40,388 nucleotides of DNA from Octopus sinensis (Eukaryota), in contig NW_021835296.1 in NCBI RefSeq assembly GCF_006345805.1, positions 1 through 40,388 of the forward strand, written 5' to 3'. Both the position numbers and the translations under genes were made by a program. Under the pieces are notes generated by a model. The model did not search any database and was not told the DNA's origin. It saw only the letters and a program-made list of their open reading frames with translations. How positions within the stretch are numbered: position 1 is the stretch's first letter; each line of letters starts with the position of its first letter. Positions 36,446-40,388 of this stretch are shown here, one piece after another.

Positions 36446-36520
36446 GTAAGCAGTTGCATTTTGTTCACAATAAATACTTAAAAGAGTCATAAATATTTCT
36501 ACGTCATGCTTATTTGCATA

Positions 36521-37045
36521 CCGTAAATCCTCGAGTATAGTCCGCCCTTGAGTATAATACGCAGGGGATATTTGGGGGGGCGTGTACCTCTGTAAAGCTT
36601 AAACCTCGTGTATAATACGCACCCCTTCTCTAACTTGAGTCGTGATTAATTAAGCCAGCAGCACCTAGTCGAACGAACACCTCCGCGCATGCGTAATACA
36701 ATAATGGTGATGTTCTTAACTGTTATATGGGAATGTAAATATGTTTGCAAATTATTTTTGTTACATGTTATTCTGTGTTCTGAATAATTTTATTTTAATA
36801 AATGTTGCTTACTGCAAGTTATGGATGATTCTTTTATGACTTCATTGCTTTCAGTGTTAACTGAAGGTATTTTCGCGCCCGGCATTACAAAATGCGTTTG
36901 AATAAACATTGCTGGACAGCAAATAGGGACTCGGACATTGCTTAGAAAATATTTTTCATTTTTAACCTCGTATATAGTACGCACTAGGGATTTTGACCTT
37001 TAAATTTTTGGGGAAAAAATGCGGATTATACTCGAGAATTTACGG
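36521..37045. mobile_element. pogo/Tigger-like MITE, 525 bp
   Basis: 25-bp TIRs CCGTAAATCCTCGAGTATAGTCCGC (2 mismatches); left flank TA, right flank AA. Confidence 0.8.
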
Positions 37046-37149
37046 AATGTAAATCGTCATATGCACGGTTAGTAACAATGTAATCATCGATTTCAATGTC
37101 GTTGTTCACTGTTCACATAATGAATTATCAGTTTGTACAAACCAACACG

Positions 37150-38110
37150 GGGCAGAATTCTGGTTTAAGCATCCCATAGAACACGTCATAACTTTTTTAT
37201 TTTGGAGAATTTTCAGAAAATGTTTACGGATTTGTGTTCTGCACACGGGAATTCATACGATTATGGAAAAAAACAATTTTTAAAGGTTAGTTAAACCCCT
37301 AGCAGGCCCCCATTAATTCTAAAAGTTCCGCTCTTTTCCGAATTTTGTTTTTCATTATCAGAGTTTAAAATACAGACAGTCCGAATTATTGGCTTAAATG
37401 AGAGCAACGGACCACAATTGAGTGAATCATTATTCCATTTAAATGTGTTTATGGGGAGAAAATATAGAAAAACGTCCATGCATGTTTAAAGGACAAAGAA
37501 ACTAGGAAGTCATCAGTAGTCGTGAAATATGCTAAAACTAGCAGCTAAATCGGGTTCTTTTCGGTTTGAACGGCAGTTTTTTCTAGCGGTGTCATATGAA
37601 ATTCTCACCCATAATTATGACACTACTATCGATCTATTGCATTTCAATCTCTTTTATGGTTATGGTTAGAGTTATGGTGGGGGAAGGGTATCTTTTTTCT
37701 TCACAAATGTAAATAAACCTAATCTGTTTCTTAAACGGGGGACATATTCATACGGCACAGAATGTTGTTTACATCAATGGACGTCATTGATTGGTTGAAA
37801 TTGCAGAAATTGAAGAAAAAAAACAACAAATATGTTACAAACTATAGAATTTTTTCAATAAAGCCAAGAGAAAAAGATGTTTTATATACACATTCTACCA
37901 GTATACGAAGTTTAAAATGTTTTAGTTACCTAGAAATTATGTTAAAAACTGCCGTTCAAACCGAAAAGATCCCTAAATCGCCCTTAAATCACGCAAAAAC
38001 TTTTATTTTATTTTTGCATATGTGTATGAAATCTCGTGTGTAGGACACAACTTGCAAAAAGATTTCTGAAAATTTCAAGTTATGAGGGGTTTTATGTGGT
38101 GCTTAAAATA
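37150..38110. mobile_element. Old TIR element (~100-bp diverged inverted ends) containing the 37552-37973 MITE
   Basis: 37150-37260 is roughly 70% identical by eye to the reverse complement of 38020-38110; termini and TSD not resolved. Confidence 0.5.
37552..37973. mobile_element. MITE with GGG...CCC termini and 6-bp TSD
   Basis: 29-bp TIRs GGG(T/A)TCTTTTCGGTTTGAACGGCAGTTTT; TAAATC at 37546-37551 and 37974-37979. Confidence 0.85.
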
Positions 38111-38656
38111 GAATTTCACCCAATACAGATAATCAGACACCTTACAACAAGTGATATTATGAGGTGTACCTCGTTAAAATGTTTCGCTCGATGCCCACCG
38201 ACTTAAACCTACGATCACTGACAACAGGCTGTATTAAAACCGGGCGAAACGGTTTATTTAAAGAGATACCCCTTATAACATCACCTGACGAGACACGTCT
38301 GCAGCGAGGGATGCATTGCAACCTGTCGTACAGTATCCCACCCGCGTGGGATCGATACAAGAATTACTTAATATAGGTTATTTCTCTTAATTATATATAC
38401 ATGCATACATACATACATACATACATACATACATACACATATACACATATATATATATCAGTCGCCATGATAGATCGTTAGCCACTACACACACTTTTTT
38501 TCTCTCCTTGTTTTTTCTGTGTTCCTTTCTGTAGAAGTGCGTAGGCTCGAAACGTAAAAGACTTTTTCTATTCCTGAGCGTTATACTAATACATCTGTTT
38601 GTTTTGTACATCACCTGTCTTCGTCGTTTGTTTTTTTCGTAAACTCTCCCTATATG

Positions 38657-38745
<89 letters not shown>

Positions 38746-38778
38746 CCTACATATATATATATATATATATATACATAC

Positions 38779-38830
<52 letters not shown>

Positions 38831-38919
38831 CATATATATACATACATATATATATATATATATGTATATATAACATATATATATACATATATATATACAT
38901 ATATATATAACACATATAT

Positions 38920-38956
<37 letters not shown>

Positions 38957-38957
38957 T

Positions 38958-39006
<49 letters not shown>

Positions 39007-39079
39007 GGAGTAGTAAACACATAAAATGTGAAACAAGATGGAAAAAAGGAGTACTCAATACCAGTGGATAGAGTAAATG

Positions 39080-39213
39080 CTTTATTTAAAGCAGCAGAAA
39101 ATTCAACAAAACCTGTTAGTCTGAGTTTCCCGTTGCCGTTCATCGGGATGAACGGCAACGGGAAACTCAGGAGTAACAGGTTTTGTTGAATTTTCTGCTG
39201 CTTTAAAAATAAA

Positions 39214-39214
<1 letters not shown>
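39080..39214. repeat. Palindrome with ~65-bp arms and 2-nt loop, folded at a hammerhead core
   Basis: TTCATC-GG-GATGAA axis at 39145-39146. The unit (39005-39214) has (TA)n on both sides. Confidence 0.92.
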
Positions 39215-39254
<40 letters not shown>

Positions 39255-39342
39255 TCACCACTTGCTTTATCCTTGTTTTTGCCGTAGTTTTGCTGCTGGT
39301 TTATATATTTTCTACATCTGGTCATCTATACTTTTTTTCTAG

Positions 39343-39520
39343 GTGGAATGTTGGCCTATTTGAACAGTCAAAAGTGTGAGTCTGACTGGCCACACGACAG
39401 TCTAACCAGCCATTCACCAGTTAGTCGGACTTACTTCCTGTCTGTCGAGGAAGTTGTATGGGATTATGCCCCGTCTGGAATGGATCTCTTTCTGGGAGGT
39501 CGACTGGATCGTAATGGAAG
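39343..39520 (+). CDS. Hephaestin/ceruloplasmin-like ferroxidase, exon 6 (end of domain 2, start of domain 3); gene continues beyond the window
   Basis: Acceptor CTTTTTTTCTAG|GT. GMLAYLNSQKCESDWPHDSLTSHSPVSRTYFLSVEEVVWDYAPSGMDLFLGGRLDRNG. Donor taken as AAG|GTTCGT (phase 2); an alternative GTGAGA 4 nt downstream cannot be excluded. Confidence 0.9.
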
Positions 39521-39597
39521 GTTCGTGAGAAATTGAACAGTCTTGCGTTTTTGCTTCTTTTTGTCTTTATTTTTGCCTGAGTTACTAGTTAGAACTT

Positions 39598-39662
<65 letters not shown>

Positions 39663-39664
39663 TA

Positions 39665-39725
<61 letters not shown>

Positions 39726-40388
39726 GTCTATCTATCTATCTATCCATCTATCTATCTATCCATCTACCTATCTATCCATCTACCTATCTATCGCTGTCTA
39801 TCTGTATGTCTGACTGTCTGCTTGTCTACCTGCCTGTCTGTCTGACTGTCTGTCTGTCTGTTTGACAGTCTCTCTACCTGTCTAGTGTCTTTCTACTTGC
39901 CTATCTCTATACCTATGTATCTGTCTACTTATCTCTCTCTCTTCTCTCTCTACTTTCTCTTTCTTTCTTTCTTTCTCTCTCTCTCTCTCTCTCTTCTCTC
40001 TCTTTCTATCAACCCGTCTATGTATCTATTGTGCACATGTCTGTCTGGTTGTGCATTCATGTAGGTAATTATGTTTCATTTATTGTCAGCTTACATGGCT
40101 GTCTGCTTCCGTGTGACTTCCATCTGTCAATCTCTCTCTCTCACTCACTATTTCTCTCTCTATCTCTTTCTCTCTATCTTTCGCTTTCTCTCTTTCTCTT
40201 TCTTTTTTTCTCTCCCCCCTTTTCTCTTTCCTTTGCACGCCTTACCGCTTTATAATCGTTATGGACTATGTAAAGAGCCTATCGCTCCAATACGAGAATG
40301 GATATGCTATCGGAAATAGCATATCCAATAGATATCATACAATGAAATAACCGGGCTCTAAGCTTAAAGGTAGCTAATAAAATATGAA

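Noticed and set aside
38285-38310. CTGACGAGAC-AC-GTC as a hammerhead
   Set aside because: No GAAA box or stem III follows.
40299-40327. 12-bp perfect stem-loop TGGATATGCTAT-CGGAA-ATAGCATATCCA
   Set aside because: Real but isolated and near the window edge; no ribozyme core or element boundaries can be assigned.

Overview
Eukaryotic, microsatellite- and transposon-dense window, most likely from an octopod cephalopod (inferred from the tRNA-derived SINE families and repeat landscape; no database check was possible). The only host gene I can support is a + strand hephaestin/ceruloplasmin-like multicopper ferroxidase. Its first six coding exons lie at 17618-39520, splice GT-AG in one open frame, and keep the domain-1 trinuclear His ligands and a complete domain-2 type-1 Cu site. 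The gene runs off the right edge. Transposons include a 2835-bp SPIN/Buster-type hAT element (perfect 16-bp TIRs, 8-bp TSD) inserted into a Tx1/L1-like reverse transcriptase, fragments of RTE, CR1/L2 and RLE-type LINEs, several SINE families and several MITEs, some nested. The main unexplained signal is about 16 hammerhead-ribozyme-like motifs from at least 7 sequence families. Several have intact cores, many sit in inverted pairs or fold-backs next to (TA)n tracts (Penelope-like pseudo-LTR architecture), and one family carries a tRNA-like Pol III head. Other candidates: a 21-nt poison micro-exon that creates UGA at its junction with exon 3, and a 97-bp intronic hairpin with one-directional G-U bias. 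Most ORFs in the supplied track are microsatellite translations.
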